From: Candidatus Helarchaeota archaeon | Lineage (GTDB): Archaea > Asgardarchaeota > Lokiarchaeia > Helarchaeales > RDOG01 | DNA length: 14,375 nucleotides | Assembly: GCA_029838215.1 (NCBI GenBank) | Contig: JALGVI010000073.1 | Location: forward strand, 1-14,375 | Reading direction: 5' to 3' | Shown here: positions 13,110-14,375 of the stretch, piece by piece | How positions within the stretch are numbered: the first letter of the stretch is position 1 | Layout of the letters: each line of letters begins with the position of its first letter | Translations under genes and position numbers: made by a program | The notes under the pieces: model-generated | The model's database searches: none | Told to the model about the DNA's origin: nothing | Seen by the model: only the letters and a program-made list of their open reading frames with translations

Positions 13110-14306
13110 TTATTCCCGTTTCATGATAACTGCGGTTCCGATGCCACCGCCTCCACAGAGGCTGGCGATCCCCATGTGATTGTTTCGGCGAATCATTTCG
13201 TGGATTAGCGTCACGACGACCCTTATGCCCGTGCAACCAACGGGATGGCCCAGACCGATGCCGCTTCCATTCACGTTCGTGATTTCCCTATTCAGACCGA
13301 TCAACTGCTCGCACGCAAGATACTGGGCGGCAAACGCTTCATTCAATTCGATGAGCTCGATGTCGGCAAGTTTCAAGCCCGTTCTTTTCAGGACCATTTT
13401 ATATGCCCCTACGGGTGAAATGCCCATCAGGCTTGGTGGTGCGGTTCCGATACCCCAGTTTACGAAGGTGGCTAATGGCTCAAGTCCGAGGGCATCTGCT
13501 TTTTCTTTTGTCATCATCAATACAGCAGCCGCGCCATCATTTATTCCCGAAGCATTCCCTGCCGTTACCGTCCCGTCTTTCTTAAACGCAGGGCGAAGCC
13601 TTTGAAGCTGTTCAATAGTGAGATTCGGTCGAAAATGTTCATCTTTATCAAAAATGATCGGGTCCTTTTTTCTCTGCGGCACGGAAACGGGAACTATTTC
13701 TTTCTTGAAGAAGCCGTCCTTTGTCGCCCGTTCCGTATTGTGATGGCTGCGGAGTGCCACTTCATCCTGCATTTCGCGAGTTATGTTGTATTTTTCCGCC
13801 ACGTTCTCTGCAGTGATTCCCATTATTTCGGGTCCACCTGCGTGCAATCCTCTCCAAAGGCTATCCACGAAAGTCCGATCACCATAACCGCAACCGCGTC
13901 TCGCTTCAAAGGACACAAATGGAGCATTGCTCATCGCCTCCACGCCGCCAACCAAGCAGATTCCCATATCATCCGTTGTATTCAGGAGCATTGCACAATC
14001 GATGAACGACTGCATGGCAGACGTGCATACCTGGTTGAGCGTGCTTGCAGGGACCGTGTCGGGAATGCCCGCCTGAAGTGCCGCCACGCGTGCCACGTTT
14101 AGCTGATCACACCGTTCCAAGCAACAACCCGATTTAATGTAATTGATCATCTCAGCCTTGAACTTTCCATCGGTCTTCTTTTCAATCGTTTCGATAACAT
14201 CCTTGAACACGATGGCAAGCAAGTCTTTTCCGGTAAAATCTTTCAACGTGCCATTGAATCGCCCAATGGCTGTACGCTTTGCCTCTACTACTACGATTTC
14301 TTTCAT
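13110..14306 (-). CDS. Thiolase (acetyl-CoA C-acetyl/acyltransferase)
   Basis: NQVCTSA (nucleophile Cys), GGVEAMS, MGITAENVA, VTAGNASGINDGAAA, ELNEAFA, GHPVGCTG and SLCGGGG. Confidence 0.96.
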   Translation of the reverse strand: MKEIVVVEAKRTAIGRFNGTLKDFTGKDLLAIVFKDVIETIEKKTDGKFKAEMINYIKSGCCLERCDQLNVARVAALQAGIPDTVPASTLNQVCTSAMQSFIDCAMLLNTTDDMGICLVGGVEAMSNAPFVSFEARRGCGYGDRTFVDSLWRGLHAGGPEIMGITAENVAEKYNITREMQDEVALRSHHNTERATKDGFFKKEIVPVSVPQRKKDPIIFDKDEHFRPNLTIEQLQRLRPAFKKDGTVTAGNASGINDGAAAVLMMTKEKADALGLEPLATFVNWGIGTAPPSLMGISPVGAYKMVLKRTGLKLADIELIELNEAFAAQYLACEQLIGLNREITNVNGSGIGLGHPVGCTGIRVVVTLIHEMIRRNNHMGIASLCGGGGIGTAVIMKRE

Positions 14307-14375
14307 CTTGCATCACTTTCTTTTTTGCTTACAAGTGATAATTTGAAAAAAAGGTTTCTGTTAAATAATAGGTCT

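Noticed and set aside
1-14375. CRISPR arrays, rRNA or tRNA genes
   Set aside because: No regularly spaced repeats or RNA-gene signatures were seen, and the window is almost entirely accounted for by protein-coding genes.

Overview
Gene-dense metabolic region of an anaerobic prokaryote, probably an archaeon. TATA-like boxes, GGTGA/GGAGG ribosome-binding sites and the gene content fit an Asgard-type lineage, but this is inference only. From left to right: a partial SDR oxidoreductase (-), a 2x[4Fe-4S] ferredoxin (-), an orphan corrinoid (B12-binding) protein (+), a divergent aldehyde:ferredoxin oxidoreductase (AOR) family gene coupled to a small Fe-S subunit (-), an M24 (pita-bread fold) metallohydrolase (+), a ~410-bp unexplained gap, an ORFan membrane protein (+), a two-gene unit encoding a PatA-like class III PLP enzyme and a protein-kinase-like protein (-), a DDE transposase without clear terminal inverted repeats (-), an AT-rich Fe-S protein gene of apparently foreign origin (+), a conserved membrane protein (+), a metallophosphoesterase (-) and a thiolase (-). 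The best candidate for an undescribed system is the kinase-fold/class III PLP pair. The kinase-like protein keeps all core catalytic residues, while the PLP enzyme has lost the usual 2-oxoglutarate-binding Glu/Arg switch. This is reminiscent of amino-alcohol kinase/ammonio-phospholyase pairs. The AOR is also atypical, with CxxCxxxD in place of CxxCxxxC and no PEYE motif. All family assignments come from motif recognition by eye; no searches were run.
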